Part shown: positions 1-13,441 of the stretch, in pieces | Numbering within the stretch: the stretch's first letter is position 1 | Layout of the letters: every line of letters begins with the position of its first letter | Assembly: GCA_035193785.1 (NCBI GenBank) | Contig: CP136572.1 | Coordinates: 3,284,578-3,348,577, forward strand | Direction: 5' to 3' | Length of the DNA: 64,000 bases | DNA from: Planktothrix sp. GU0601_MAG3 | GTDB lineage: Bacteria > Cyanobacteriota > Cyanobacteriia > Cyanobacteriales > Microcoleaceae | The notes under the pieces: model-generated | What the model saw: only the letters and a program-made list of their open reading frames with translations | Databases searched by the model: none | Told to the model about the DNA's origin: nothing | Made by a program: the position numbers and the translations under genes

Positions 1-137
1 CTAATTCCTTTGGTTAAAATAGCTAATAAAAATCCGATCAAAAAAGATAATTCCAACGCCGGATTTTGAGTCGTTAACAGGAAAGACCCAATAATTGAAA
101 TGGCAGCTACCGTGTAGACAATCTGTTTGGGTTTCAT
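1..137 (-). CDS. Partial membrane protein (N-terminus only, runs off window)
   Basis: ATG at 137 (minus) opens MKPKQIVYTVAAISIIGSFLLTTQNPALELSFLIGFLLAILTKGI, two hydrophobic stretches. Confidence 0.5.
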   Translation of the reverse strand, partial: MKPKQIVYTVAAISIIGSFLLTTQNPALELSFLIGFLLAILTKGI

Positions 138-244
138 CGTTTTCAACTGTAAAGATCACAAAACTAGACAAAATGAATTATAATAAACTCTGTAGAAAGG
201 CTAAATTCAATCTTTCTCAAGAGATAGGAGACTTCTAAAATTCG

Positions 245-1605
245 ATGACTACAAATTCCCAACGTTATCATATTACAACCTTCGGCTGTCAGATGAACAA
301 AGCCGACTCGGAACGCATGGCTGGCGTTTTAGAAGAAATGGGCTTTGATTTTACCGAAGATCCCAATGATGCTAATGTGATTCTTTATAATACTTGTACG
401 ATTCGAGATAATGCCGAACAAAAGGTTTATTCCTATTTAGGAAGACAGGCAAAACGCAAACAAAAAGAACCTAATTTAACCATTATTGTCGCCGGATGTG
501 TTGCCCAACAGGAAGGAGAAACCTTACTGCGTCGGGTTTCCTGAAATAGATTTAGTCATGGGGCCACAACACGCCAACCGTTTACAAGACCTCTTAGAAC
601 AGGTATTTCAAGGCAATCAAATTGTAGCCACAGAACCCATAGAAATCATTGAAGATATTACAAAACCCCGTCGAGATAGTGAAGTAACAGCCTGGGTGAA
701 TGTGATTTATGGTTGTAATGAACGCTGCACCTATTGTGTGGTTCCCAATGTACGCGGAATTGAACAATCGCGCCGACCGGAAGCTATTCGGGAAGAAATC
801 GAAGAATTAAGCCGTTTGGGGTATAAAGAAATCACCTTATTAGGGCAAAATATTGATGCCTACGGCCGCGATTTGCCCGGTTCAAGTCCTGGGGGTCGAA
901 ATTTATATAATTTCACGGATTTATTATATTTTATTCATGATGTTCCTGGCATCGAACGGATTAGATTTGCCACCAGTCACCCCCGTTATTTTACCAAAAG
1001 ATTAATTCAAGCCTGTGCAGAACTCCCGAAAGTTTGTGAACATTTTCATATTCCCTTTCAGTCGGGAGATAATCAGCTTTTGAAAGCAATGTCGCGGGGT
1101 TATACTCAAGAAAAATATCGCCAAATTATTCATACAATTCGGGAATATATGCCCGATGCTTCTATTAGTGCTGATGCGATTGTGGGCTTTCCTGGGGAAA
1201 CCGAAGAACAGTTTGAAAATACGATGAAATTAGTCGATGATATTGGCTTTGACTTATTAAATACCGCCGCCTATTCTCCCCGTCCTGGGACTCCGGCGGC
1301 GTTGTGGGAAAATCAATTGAGTGAGGAGGTAAAAGCCGATCGTTTACAACAATTAAATCGCTTAGTTTCTGTTAAAGCGGCAGAACGTTCCCAGCGTTAT
1401 TTGGGCAGAATTGAAGAAGTGTTAGTTGAAGGCACAAATTCTAAAGATCCTTCTCAAGTTATGGGACGTACCCGGGGAAATCGGTTAACCTTTTTCTTAG
1501 GAAATTTAGCGGAATTGAAAGGTCAACAGGTGAAAGTAAAAATAACCCAGGTAAGACCCTTTAGTTTAACTGGGGAAACCTATCGAGTTGTGTATACCTG
1601 TATGA
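245..1605 (+). CDS. miaB: tRNA-2-methylthio-N6-dimethylallyladenosine synthase MiaB (two +1 breaks at 536-540 and 1575-1579)
   Basis: TFGCQMN, NTCTIR, radical-[11 protein letters not shown] and TRAM domain. Removing one base at each GTTTC/GAAAC gives ...RRVPEID... and a stop after [10 protein letters not shown] at 1603-1605. Confidence 0.95.
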
Positions 1606-2156
1606 CCGCTAAAAATGATTTGAGATTGGTGATTTTATCTTTGGGTTTGGGGTTGGTGTTGACGGGGATGGGTGTCCGGGCGATCGCTTGTCAAAATTCC
1701 CCCAACTCCCCAACTCCCCAAGCGGAGGGGACGGTAGATTATTATTGGGAGTTACCGGAAGTCCCGTTGAGTTCTGGGGAAATTGAGAAAAATCCAGCAC
1801 AATTACCCCAAATTCAGGGGAATGGAGATTATCAGCGATCGCCCCATTCTTCCTGGGAAACGACCCAATCCAATCCTCAAGGAATTGATTGTCGGATGTT
1901 AGGAAATACCAATTATTCACAATTAGAAAATCCCAGCAATAAAACCGAATTAAATATTGAAAATTGGCCGGTGGTGGGAAAACTGCCCCCAGGACAGGAC
2001 TTTGAAATTAATTTAGGCCCGGCGGGGTTTGGTGTGGTTTACGATACGAAACAACAACCTTGGATTTATGTGGAAAAAACGTCTCAAACTGGCACTCCTT
2101 CCCACTGTTTTGTGCGAGCCAATCAACAGTTTGTACGACCGATTTCTGATAATTAA
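1602..2156 (+). CDS. Exported hypothetical protein (wrongly fused to miaB in the ORF track)
   Basis: ATG 1602 overlaps the reconstructed miaB stop (ATGA); signal-peptide-like N-terminus [17 protein letters not shown]-terminal CFVRAN. Confidence 0.7.
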   Translation: MTAKNDLRLVILSLGLGLVLTGMGVRAIACQNSPNSPTPQAEGTVDYYWELPEVPLSSGEIEKNPAQLPQIQGNGDYQRSPHSSWETTQSNPQGIDCRMLGNTNYSQLENPSNKTELNIENWPVVGKLPPGQDFEINLGPAGFGVVYDTKQQPWIYVEKTSQTGTPSHCFVRANQQFVRPISDN

Positions 2157-2287
2157 ATCATACCATAAAAACCCTGTTTTTTTGACAATACCGTAGTCTT
2201 TTTTCAAGTAACCACAAAGGCACTAAGACACAAAAAAGGATAATTAAGGTGAAGGTATTCTTGGCAAGACGGGGTTTTTATTCATTA

Positions 2288-3938
2288 CTAATTAATTTTA
2301 CAAGTTTCTATTTTTTCAGCTAAAATTTCTAGGTTGTTCCACCATTTTCCTGTGCTAACTATCCAATTGCGGGTGGGTAAATGTCCAATGGGAGCGGATG
2401 TTTTATATTCGATGCCATAATCAGGATTATGGGGATTATAGGTTAACCATCCCACCTGCTGACAAAATTTTCCATAGTCTCCTTCCACTGTTTGATAAAT
2501 TCGATTTTGGATACTAAATCCAAACCGATTATTACTATATTTTACCCAAAGATGATTAATGGTTTGTAGATCTTCACAGGGTAAATTTACTAAATCCTGG
2601 GCGTATAAATAGGTTTTTTTAGATTTTTTTAGGGCTTGACAGAGGACAGCCCAAGTTTCTTGATCCGCTTGTTTCCAGCGTTTTTGAGCTAAGAGGGTTT
2701 GGAGTTGAGTATAATCGACTCCCACGGCGGATTTTAAAGGATCATTTAAGGGTTGATAGCCTAAATTTTGTTTAATTCTCTCTAATAAACTAGGCGTTTT
2801 AGCAGGAGTCTGGATGACTTTTGCAGATGTTTTTTTAATCGGAATAACAGGTTTAACTGCTAAATTGACAGGCGTTTCAGAAGATTTAATGGCTTTTAAG
2901 GCTTCTTCGGCGGATTTATAACGTTGATTAATAGCGGTCGCAATTAATTTATTTAAAACGGTTTCTAAGCGATCGCTAATAATTTGTCTCGGGGGTAAAT
3001 AACTCCGCCAATTCCATTTTTCATTATGATAATCATATAATTTCCCCGGGGAAATTCCCGTAATTAAATATAAACAAGTTAGCCCTAAACTATATAAATC
3101 ACTGGCGGGATAAACCGTTCCTCTCATTTGTTCAGGAGACGCAAAATCCGGTGTTCCGATCCTAGTTCCACTCTCAACTAAGGCGGTTTCTGTCAATAGT
3201 TTGGCGATGCCAAAATCAATTAAAACTAAGTCATTTTCTTGATTAATATTTTTACTGATTTTGAACTTAGAATTTTCCTCTGAGAAAATATCACTAATTT
3301 TTTGTTTGAGTTTGGAACTTATTTCAGATTGTTCCTGATCTCCCATTTGAATAGTAGGAGGAACTTGGGTTAAATCGACAACGGGATCTAAGGGGTTTTC
3401 AGGGGAGGAAAGGAGAGAAACAACGCCGCATTAAATTAGCAGGTTTAATATCTCGATGAATAATATTCTGTTCATGAATAAATTGTAAAATAGGAAGGAT
3501 TTGTTTTAAAACTTCCCAGATTTTTTTTTCCGTAAATAATCCATCTTGTTTTAATTCATCAAATAGGGTTTTTCCCTGAATATATTCTTGAATAATAAAC
3601 AATTGTTTATTTTGTTCAAAATGTGCTAATAGTTGAGGAATTTGAGGGTGTTTTCCCAATTGATCTAAACGCACTGCTTCCTGACGAAATAATTTGGCGG
3701 CGGTTTGATAATCCTGGGGGTTTTCAGACTGAACAAAGAATTGTTTAATTACACAATAGGGATGGGAAGGAATTTGTTGATCAATTGCCAAAAATGTCCG
3801 ACCAAAACCGCCCCGACTTAAAGGTTTTATGGCGAGATAACGGTTTTGGAGTAAGAGAAATTGACCACAACCTTGACAATATTCGGCTGAGTTGATATTT
3901 TCTGGATGAGAACATCCTACGGTCATACAATAACTCAT
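2288..3938 (-). CDS. Ser/Thr protein kinase with C-terminal GUN4 domain (one +1 break at 3417-3421)
   Basis: GGFGRTFL, VIK, HRDIKPAN, LIDFG, GTPDFASPE; GUN4-like DYTQLQTLL..W..ADQET..LWVKYS..FGFSIQ. Confidence 0.9.
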
Positions 3939-4065
3939 CGCAGGTGAGGGAATATATTGTTAAGCCGATAATAACACAACGTCAGATTGTGGGTATTGTT
4001 GCGCTCGTTGTTGCGCTTCAGCGCACTCTTACAATAATTCTCAGCAACAACAACCAACACCATTA

Positions 4066-4839
4066 TCAATTAAAAACTTTCGCAATTTGACAAAATCCTT
4101 CAACTTCTAAACCTGCGGTAATATAACGGGGTTTATGGGTTAATTGATCGCTATATTCTAAGATATTAGCCACTCCAATAGACTGAGGAAATAACTCAGA
4201 ATTAAATAGAGTTTGATCATTTGGACTATCGCCAATGGTAAGAATTTGTTCCGGGGTTAAATCTGACCAATATTGTTGAATTACCTTTAATAATCCCGTA
4301 GCTTTGTCTTGATTTTTAGGTTTAATATGACCTTGAACGGTACTATAGGTAAATCCCCAACCCAATTCTGCACAAAGTTCTGTTAATTGCTGAATTTCCG
4401 ATAAACTAATATTTTGAATATCAAATGTCCAATCTGTAAACCGAAAAGGATTATCAACGGAAGCCTGGAGATGGGGATATTGAACTTGGAGAATTTGAAA
4501 CGCCAGGGCTAAATTTTGCCGATGTTGGGATAGGGAATTTAAAGAGATTAAAAATTGCGGTTGGTCAGATTCCAAGGGATAATATAAACCGCCATTTTCA
4601 GCGATCGCACCCGTCACCGGAAGATAATGTTTTAAGGCTTGTACCCATCCCGCCGACCGTCCCGTAATTAAAATTACCGGAATTTTAGCCTGTTTTAATG
4701 CCAACAAAGCCTGGAATAAATCCGGGGTAAATTTTCCATTTTGGGTCAAAGTTCCATCAATATCCGTTGCAATTAAACGAATATTATCGAGTGCATTGGC
4801 TTCTATGGCTTCGCTCAAAGGCGTTAAGGACACGGACAC
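4066..4839 (-). CDS. HAD-superfamily hydrolase (IIB/Cof-like)
   Basis: DIDGTL, ITGRS, K and GDSPND motifs. Confidence 0.85.
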   Translation of the reverse strand: MSVSLTPLSEAIEANALDNIRLIATDIDGTLTQNGKFTPDLFQALLALKQAKIPVILITGRSAGWVQALKHYLPVTGAIAENGGLYYPLESDQPQFLISLNSLSQHRQNLALAFQILQVQYPHLQASVDNPFRFTDWTFDIQNISLSEIQQLTELCAELGWGFTYSTVQGHIKPKNQDKATGLLKVIQQYWSDLTPEQILTIGDSPNDQTLFNSELFPQSIGVANILEYSDQLTHKPRYITAGLEVEGFCQIAKVFN

Positions 4840-4887
4840 AACCCCCTATCAATGATTCAAGTATTTTAATGATCGGGGGCGAAAAAA

Positions 4888-4978
4888 CGGAGAGGGTGGG
4901 ATTCGAACCCACGAGGAAACCGTAAAGCCCCTAACACATTTCGAGTGTGTCGCATTCGACCAACTCTGCCACCTCTCC
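4888..4978 (-). tRNA. tRNA-Ser (anticodon CGA)
   Basis: Minus strand GGAGAGGTGGCAGAGTTGGTCGAATGCG...CTCGAAA anticodon loop, long variable arm, GGTTCGAATCCC T-arm. Confidence 0.95.
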
Positions 4979-5026
4979 AAGTTAGAAATGATCTAGATCT
5001 GATTCTAAACCAATTTTTTGATTATA

Positions 5027-7478
5027 TCAAAGAAAGGAACCATCTGTTTGATCAAAATCTAAAGTTGTTTCAAAACCCTGGGTGGGCGTCCATCTCAAAG
5101 CCCCATCTCGACCCGTCCAAAAAATTTGAGTTTGCTGTTGATTTAGGGTTTCTACGGTTTTCGGATCGATAGAATTGGAAGAAGCGATCGCAATTTTAGG
5201 TGTTAATACGGATAAAAGTTCCGGGGTTAAGGATTCTCCCGACCACCATAATACCTGAGTTGACCTGAGCTTTTTGATTAACTGTTGTTGTTGGGGGGCG
5301 GAAGTTTCTCCCAGTAATGTCCAAAGATTTTGACCAATTTTAAATTGAATAACTGGAGGTTGAGCACTTAATAAATCTAATTCTACAGAACCTAACATCA
5401 TCGGTTGACCAACAGTTAGGGAAACATAATTTCCTTTTTGTTCGGCTAAGGCTTTTAGAATGATTTCATTGGTGGCTTGATAGTTCTTTTTCGGAGTAGG
5501 ATTATCATAAAAAGTTTGAATTGGAATATTTTCTAAAATCAACGGCCAACCAATACTTAAACCTAGTTGGGAATGGGTCGCCACGGCGTTATTAATGGTA
5601 TTAATTCCCTGGGCATTTAAAAAGGGTAAAACGGCAAATTTGGCGGTGTTCTGACTACCACTATTAATTAGGGTAACTTGTCCTTTTTCTTCAATCACTA
5701 AAATCGGTTCTTGAGGCGTACTTAAAAGGGTGGCTTGAAACCGTAGGGTTTTAGTATACCAACTGGGTAAAATAACGATGAATATGGCTAAGGTAACGGC
5801 AAATATAATGGGAATCAACCCTTTTTTTGATCTGGAAAATTGGAGATTTGATTCAGGGTTAATTAAAGTAAAATAAGCCCAGATTACCAGAACTAAACTA
5901 TAAAGACTTATCAACTGAATCAAGGAAATACTGCCCACGGCAATCGAATTTCCTGGGAGTTGACTAAAATATTTGGCGATTTCAATTAAACCTAAAATTG
6001 GATAATAGAGAAATTGGGCGATCGCACTTCCCAAACTGGGTATGAATAGGGCAGATAATGCACTCGCCATCCCTCCTAATGTGATAATAGAAATCAGGGG
6101 AGATGCAATAATATTAACTAGAATACTATAGGGAGATAATACCTTAAAAAAATAGAGTTGCAAAGGCAATGTCCAGATCAGTGCTGATAAGGGAACAGCA
6201 ATTAAAGATGCAAATAAAGGCGGCATCCAATTTAACCTTTCCATTAAGGCGGGAAACCGTAACCATTAATCCTAAAGTTGCTAAAAAACTGAGTTGAAAT
6301 CCAATATCAAAAATCCAAATTGGATTAGCAATTAATAATAAGATAGCGACAATTAATAATACGTTTAAAGGTTTAGTTTGACGTTGGGTTAACAGGGCGA
6401 TTAATACCGCCAAACCCATTAATGTTGCTCGTAATACTGAGGGGGAAATCCCCGTTAATCCCAAATAAATTAGTAGGGTTAATAACCCTAAACTAAATCT
6501 AACCGTGGGAGAAAACCTTTGAGTAATAGCTAAAATAACTCCCAATAAAAATGATACTTGAAATCCTGAAGCTGCTAGAATATGAGCCAGTCCAACTTGA
6601 ACAAAAATATCTCGAATATCGTAGGGTAAATCAACAGCCAAGCGTCCTAAGACCATCGCGCTTAATAGGGAACCTTTGGGAACTCCTAATAATTGAGCTT
6701 GAGCCCGGGTAATCCGTTGGCGAATTTTCCACAGTCCCCAAGGAGGCGGTTGACTATCATCATGACTAATATAACGTCCTCGAAGTCCGGTAAATGATCC
6801 CTGTTGAGCTAGATAGTTTTTAAAATCGAATCCTCCTGGGTTAGAAGGGGGTTTAGGTTTGTATAAACTTCCGGTAATTGCTATACTTTCCCCCGGATAT
6901 AATCCCGTGGCTTTTAATATTGGAACAGTCACATAAACCAAACCACTGACATCTTTACTCACGGCGATCGGAGTATTATTATTAGTAATTTCATTAACTT
7001 GATGCGCCTGTAACCAAAATTGTCCCCGTCCCGAACGAGTCAACCGAGGAATACTACCAACTTCTCCCCTAACTGTAATTAATAAATCTTGGCTATTTCC
7101 ACTATTAATAATTAACTGACTAATATCATGGGTAGCAGGTTGAGGCGTTCTGATTTGTAAATAAACACTGGCTAAAAAAGCAATAATTCCGGCTAATAAC
7201 CACACCCAAAAAGGCAACTTAGGACGGGGAATTTTAGGAATTTTCTCAGCAAATTCAATCGGATCGGTTAGGGCGTCTTTGCGGGTTTGTTTCTGCTGAA
7301 TAAATTGTTTAATTCGAGCTTGGCGGGATTGTTTATGTTGATAAACTTGTTTTAATGCTGTGGCTATTGCTAATATAATTCCTAAACCTAATATTGCATA
7401 ATTTCCCCCAGGAATTACACCTACTAGCAAACCTAAGAGATAAGCAAAAGCCAGAATTAAAATCACCATCTGATTCAT
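5027..7478 (-). CDS. comEC: ComEC/Rec2 competence protein (break at 6253-6257)
   Basis: NPGGFDF, GLAHILAASGFQV, SVLRATLM, GFQLSFLATLGL, C-terminal MBL-like domain. Confidence 0.9.
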
Positions 7479-7627
7479 GATTTAATAAGATACGGATCAA
7501 TGGGAGTATTCTGGATTTGATCCCCCTAAATCCCCATTAAAAAGGGGGACTTTGATAGTCCGGGTTAGGGGGTATCATTGTTGTGGGGTGTGTAAGCGAT
7601 CGGCGCAAGCACCAACATTCAACAATA

Positions 7628-8105
7628 TTAGATAGACAATCCTAACTTTAAACCTAAAACGGTATGAACTAACATTAATCCTAAGATAACGGTTCCAATA
7701 TAAGCATGGGTCGCCCTAAAACCTGAGTTATCTTTATTAAATCCGGTAAAAGCAATCAGACTATTAGTTAATAACAATCCCAATAATATTGTTCCTGTCC
7801 AGAAGTGGGGACTTTCTAAAACAGGTTGTTTTTGCATCACTAAAGATAATAAACCTCCCGTGTAGCCTAAAGCCAAAAATAAAAACATTAAAGGGGCGAG
7901 TTTTCGGTGGTCAGCACGATTTTTTAAGGCGACTTCCTTATCTGCTGCGAGACGTCCGCGCCATCCCGTCCAACCCACATAACTTCCCATCGTAAAAATA
8001 ACGGTTTCCCATCATTACCGGATGTCCCCAATGGGTGATAGGTTCAGGAATACCTAAACCCCGAAATACATTAGCAATGGGTTCTAAAAGTTCAACTAAA
8101 CTCAT
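7628..8105 (-). CDS. DUF4079-family membrane protein (break at 8004-8008)
   Basis: Reconstructed MSLVELLEPIA...PITHWGHPVMMGTVIFTMG, SPHFWTG, HAYIG. Confidence 0.75.
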
Positions 8106-8174
8106 ATTTTCTGTTCAAAAGCCGATTAGATTTCCATAGTTCAGTTTAGGACAATTAGGTACCTAATTGCTAGA

Positions 8175-10041
8175 TCAGGTTTTATGAACCCGAATGAGTT
8201 GATAAGCACCCGCTTGATCCATAATTTGATATTGATCTGGTTTTAATCCTAGATCAATTAATTCTTGGGGATGTGCCAAAATTAAAAGGGTTTGGGGAGG
8301 AGATTTTTGCACGAATAGAGTTTGAATATAGGCGATCGCATCCCGGGGGTCAGGACGGTATTGAACTCGATTTTGAGTATAAAAAACCAAACTGGGTTTT
8401 TTGAAACCAATCATAATTAATTCTTCCCCTAATTTTCGCTGTTGTACGACGGTTTGGGATAGGTGTCGTAGAGGTTCTTGTCGATGTTGATCGAGTAAAC
8501 TATAGGTGGGAGTTACCGCCCAAATAAAAAAACCAATAAACCCCAAAATATTAACTATAAAAATTGATGAAATTCGACCTTTCCACCAACTTAGGGCGAT
8601 TCCTAATGTTGCGATCGCCCAAATTACAGCCGATATATTTGGAATCCCAGAGGCTTGTAAATCCCCTCTAAAATTCGGCATATCTGCATCATATCCGATT
8701 AAATTTTTACTAAAATAACTGCCGATGGTGGCAATAAAAACAAATACAATATTAATCAGAATAGAAAGATTTGTGGAATTAAATTTATTTTTTTTAAATC
8801 TATTTTTGGAGATAATATTATTATGCCAAAATAAAGATACTAATAAAACCGAGGCGGGAATTAAGGGCAAAATATAACTGGGAAGTTTAGTAACCGCTAG
8901 GGTGAAAAACAGAAAAACTCCACCAAACCAAAAAACAGCAAATAATTGCAGTTGTTGAATTCTAGTTTGCTGTTGCCAATGGCGACGTTTCCAAAATTTT
9001 GTGGAAGAGATCGCCAGGGGTAAATAGACAGAAAATGGAGCAAATCCGACTAAAACCACAATAAAATAGAAATACCAAGGAGCGGAATGGTGATTCACAA
9101 CCGTTGTAAATCGTTGAAAATTATGATAACCAAAAAAAGAGTTAATATAGTTTTGACCATTAACTAAAATTACTAAAACATACCAAGGAATTGTCATAAC
9201 TAAAAAAATCAAACTTCCCTGCAATAAACGCATTTCTTTTAAAACTTGACGCCATTCCCCCAAATAAACTAAAAATGAACCAATAATTAAAATTGGTAAA
9301 ACAATCCCCACCGGGCCCTTTGTCAAAACAGCTAAAGCGGTTAAAATATAAAAAGCCAAATACCAAATCTTAGCAGAATTCCAACGGAGAGGTAAGAGAG
9401 GTAAATCTTGCCCTTCCTGAACTTCTGACTTAGCATATCCCAGAAAAAAAGCGAATAACGCCGAACCCAAACACCCGGTTAATAACATATCAGAAACGCC
9501 GATTCTTGCCCAGGCTAGAATTCCCGGATTAAAGGCAATTAATACCGCCCCCATCCAAGGTAAAGGATGTAAAATAATCTTGCTGAAATCCGGTTGAGCT
9601 AATGGAGAAATAAAATCTTGTTTTTGATCATCTTTTCTGGTATAAAATTTGGTTTGTTGGACGTAATAATTTAAAGTATAAAATCCAAAACAGACGAGAA
9701 AAAAACCAGAAAATGCCGAAGGAAGACGAACTCCCCATTCATTTACCCCAACTATCTGATAGGAAATTGCCATTAACCAATAAATTAATGGGGGTTTATC
9801 GAAACGGGTTTCTTCATTAAAATAGGGGGTAATCCAATCCCCAGTCACCAACATTTGACGGGAGGCTTCCGCAAATAGAGGTTTCTGTTTCATCGAGTAA
9901 ACCCGCAGTTCCTAAGTTCCAAAAAAAAGCCAGAAAACCGATTAAACCTAAACCCACAATCAAAACTAGCCAAGGGAACCGATCTGTTTTGAGCAGAGGT
10001 GAAAAAAGGGTTGGAATCTTTTGATTTGAACTTGATTTCAT
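8175..10041 (-). CDS. ArnT/GT39-GT83 family membrane glycosyltransferase (break at 9881-9885)
   Basis: Reconstructed DETEPLFAEASRQM, RFDKPPL, RLPSA, LTKGP, TKLPSY. Confidence 0.88.
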
Positions 10042-10200
10042 TGGCTAAAAATGCAGATATTAACGATTGAGATATTGACAGTTTACTGTTAATGTGTTAT
10101 CTAACTAACACCTAAGTCAATATATCAATTAGTTATTATCGTACACGGGAACAAGAATACCCACACCATCAGGAAGATTACTCCAGAATTATTGATTTCT

Positions 10201-10774
10201 TCATGGGGTCGGTTTAATCACCAATTCCCATTCCTGGTCTTGGGGATTCCAGGTCGGAAGGGAAGTTTCCCCGACAATATAAGGCCCCCAGTAATAGCGA
10301 GAACCATCGGGAGCAAAAACCACCAAGATATCGCCGGATTTGAGGATTAAATCTTCTTGGGGAAGGGATAAAATCAAACCCTCCCTACTGCCCTCAGCCG
10401 GGGCAAAATCCCAGTGAACAGGTTCCGTGATATTAGGGGACAAACGACTGAGTAAAGCCACACGCACCGGGTGTTCCGTCAGGTTACCGACACGAAATGA
10501 CCCTTGGTGATAGTTTGTGGGAAGTGGTGGCAGAGACAGTTTTGGGGAAATCATCCCCGATTTCAGGGGAAGACTAATATTCGGGGGGGATGGTTGCGGA
10601 ATCGGGGTTTTAGGAAAAGTTGTGGATAAGGAAACTATGGGCAGATAAGACCGTATGTTCGGCGGGTTTTCGCTCCGTTTGGACACAATAGCGAAGGAAG
10701 AATTGCCTTAAACTAATTGAAGTCAATAAAATAGTTCCAATAATCAAAAAAGCTGGATAAAGTTTAGCTTTCAT
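10201..10774 (-). CDS. Exported hypothetical protein (break near 10705-10715)
   Basis: Signal-like MKAKLYPAFLIIGTILLT upstream in another frame; body with HWDFAP..EG and YWGPY. Confidence 0.6.
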
Positions 10775-10828
10775 AATCTTTTGCTTTAAATTAGATTATT
10801 AATTCCACTACCATTCACACTCTGTTTT

Positions 10829-11161
10829 ATGCAAAATACCCGCCTTAATCGACTCGTCAATGTAATTAATGTCCAGGTAGGGCGATTGTTAATGAATCCT
10901 TGGCGACGGATTTCGCTACTAACCATTAGTCTGCTATTTGGGATATTCCTAGCCCTGGCTATTTCTACGATAACTGGACAAAGGGCGCGTCTGGACGTGA
11001 CCGTGGCTTTAGTAATATCTATTCTTGTTGAAGGAATAAATTGGTTAGCATACAGTAGTTCCCCCCGTTTGCGACAATCTTTTTGGGTAGAAAACCTAAA
11101 TGCCCTCAAAATTGGTTTGAGTTATGGTTTATTTTTATTAGCCTCAATTTTAGGTTCATAA
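10829..11161 (+). CDS. ycf20: Ycf20/DUF565 protein
   Basis: MQNTRL, NPWRRISL, NALKIG..YGLF. Confidence 0.85.
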   Translation: MQNTRLNRLVNVINVQVGRLLMNPWRRISLLTISLLFGIFLALAISTITGQRARLDVTVALVISILVEGINWLAYSSSPRLRQSFWVENLNALKIGLSYGLFLLASILGS

Positions 11162-11193
11162 TAAAAATTTATTCAATATAACTAGAACGGTCT

Positions 11194-12229
11194 ATGATTG
11201 AAATTCTCAAAGATTGGAGAAATGGAAAACAACCCCATGCCTCAGATTTAGCGGTTTTAGAACAATGGGAACTATCTGATCAGCAACGGTCGGCAGCCTT
11301 TGGAATTACACCGGAAAATGTGAAGGTGAGAATAGAAGCCCGATCCCATATATTCCATCAACTTCAACAGAAAAAGATTGAGTTTCCTCTGTTATTTGAA
11401 CAGTTAGAAACCCTATGGAAATTTTGGCTACCTTTAGCAACCCAACTGGCTGAACACCGCCAACAGTTAGGTCGTCCTCTAGTTCAAGGAATATTGGGAG
11501 GGCAAGGTACCGGAAAAACAACCCTAGGGAAAGTCTTAACTTATATTTTGTCTCTTTTTCACTATGACACACTTAGTTTATCCTTAGATGATCTCTATAA
11601 AACCTATTCGGAACGTCAACAGTTACAAGAAGCTGATCCGCGTTTGATTTGGCGGGGGCCGCCGGGAAACCCATGATCTCGAATTGGGAATCCAGGTTTT
11701 AGAGCAATTACGTCAACCCTTGCCCAATCAAACCATCGCTATTCCTCGATTTGATAAGTCATTATGGCAAGGAGCGGGCGATCGCATTTCCCCAGAATTC
11801 GTCACCGGAATTGATATTATTTTATTTGAAGGTTGGTTTGTAGGCTGTAGACCAATTGCTCCCCAAGGGTTTGATTCTGCCCCAGTTCCGATTATTACCC
11901 CCTGGGATCAACAATTTGCTAGGGATATGAACGAACAGTTAAATGGGTATATTCCATTATGGGAAAAATTGGATCGGTTACTAATTTTAAATCCGGTAGA
12001 TTATCGCCTATCAAAACAGTGGCGAATCCAAGCCGAGCATGATATGATTGATACCGGAAAATCGGGAATGACCGATACAGAAATTAGTCAATTTGTTGAT
12101 TATTTCTGGAAAGCATTACACCCAGAATTATTCATAAAATCCTTGATTAAAAATCCTAGATTTGTGGATTTAATTATAGACATTAATCCCGATCATTCTA
12201 TCGGTAATGTTTATCAGGGAAATCTATAA
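11194..12229 (+). CDS. D-glycerate 3-kinase-like P-loop kinase (break at 11666-11670)
   Basis: GGQGTGKTT, LSLDDLY, reconstructed RGPPGTHD, PRFDKS, LFEGW. Confidence 0.85.
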
Positions 12230-12272
12230 TTACCTCAGAGATTAGCTCCCCCTAAATCTCCCTTTCCAATGA

Positions 12273-12339
12273 GAATTACGCAGATTAACACAAATTAAAA
12301 TCCGTGAAATCCGTGAAATCCTCTTAAATCCGTGATCCC
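12273..12339. repeat. Single inverted copy of the AATCCGTG-type repeat found at 62759-63013
   Basis: gaattacgcagattaacacaaattaaaatccgtgaaatccgtgaaatcctcttaaatccgtgatccc is a near-exact reverse complement of ~62760-62825. Confidence 0.8.
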
Positions 12340-12350
12340 CATTACTTATT

Positions 12351-12870
12351 ATGAAAACAACTCTATTAACATTAACTCTGATTTTCTCCTTTAGTATTAG
12401 TCAAATAGTTGCAGCCAAAACCCCCATCAAAAATCAACCTGTGGGTTTAGAATATTCGCCTATGGTGAATCAAATCACTCAAAATACCGAACCAATAACC
12501 ATTGGAAAAGCCGCCGATTTAATCACTCAATGGTTAAACGCCAAATCCCGAATTTTTGCCCCTCCCTTTGACCGTGAATCGCTCGGAGATTTAACTACGG
12601 GTGTATTATATGCTGATAGCTTAAAAGCAATTAATTTTTTACAGGAAAATAATGCTTATTATCAATATGGAGTCCAGAAAGTTGAATCCATAGAAACGAT
12701 TTGCCGCATCGGGAAATAAAGCTACCATAGAAGTTAAAGTTACCGAAGATACGACCCTATACAAAAATGGAAAAATTATTGAAAGTAGCTTTAATACCAA
12801 ATTAGTGCGTTATAATTTAGAATATTGGGATGGAATTTGGAAAATTGCCAACTCTCAAGTGATGAGTTAA
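12351..12870 (+). CDS. Secreted protein with ARC6/IMS (DUF4101)-like domain (break at 12693-12697)
   Basis: Signal peptide; WLNAKSRIFAPP, VRYNL..WKI; reconstructed IERFAASGNKATIEVKVTE. Confidence 0.75.
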
Positions 12871-12910
12871 AAAGTTTTAAAAATAGCGATCGCATTTGCA
12901 GAAATTCACT

Positions 12911-13423
12911 ATGGTACAAGAACTGATTGATTTAAAAAATTGCCTAGAAACACAACGCTATGATCAAGCGTTAATCATTATTGATGAACTTGAGGGAATG
13001 AGTCGCAAATCCATTTTAAGAACAATAAAATCTTTTTTAATTCGGTTACTTATCCATTTAATTAAAAACCAAATCGAACAACGTTTAACCAATTCTTGGA
13101 TCGCTTCTATTTCTGATTCCATTATCCAAATTCAAGATCTAAATCTACAAGATAATAAAAAATCCCACTATCTTAAAATAGAGGAATGGGATAATTTATT
13201 AGATGAATCTTTTGCAGCATCTATTCGTCCTGCGAGTGTAGAAGTCTTGAATGGAAACCTCAAACCTCATCAATTAATCCAACAAATTGATCAAACTCAA
13301 ATTCTGGAAATAGCCAAACAGTTAATCACCTTAACCTATAATTATTCTCCCCGGGATTTACCCGATATTATTGATCATAATTTAGCTCAATTACCAGGAG
13401 CAGAAAACTGGTTTTCAGATTAA
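12911..13423 (+). CDS. DUF29-like protein
   Basis: MVQELIDLK..DELEGMSRK..RLLIHLIK..RLTNSW. Confidence 0.65.
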   Translation: MVQELIDLKNCLETQRYDQALIIIDELEGMSRKSILRTIKSFLIRLLIHLIKNQIEQRLTNSWIASISDSIIQIQDLNLQDNKKSHYLKIEEWDNLLDESFAASIRPASVEVLNGNLKPHQLIQQIDQTQILEIAKQLITLTYNYSPRDLPDIIDHNLAQLPGAENWFSD

Positions 13424-13441
13424 CTATTAGAGAAATCCAAA

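Noticed and set aside
486..2156. MiaB fused to a secreted domain
   Set aside because: Removing one A at GAAAC 1575-1579 gives a normal miaB stop overlapping the next gene's ATG
4888..4978. tRNA-Ser as an integration site
   Set aside because: No integrase and no duplicated tRNA 3' end were seen in the window
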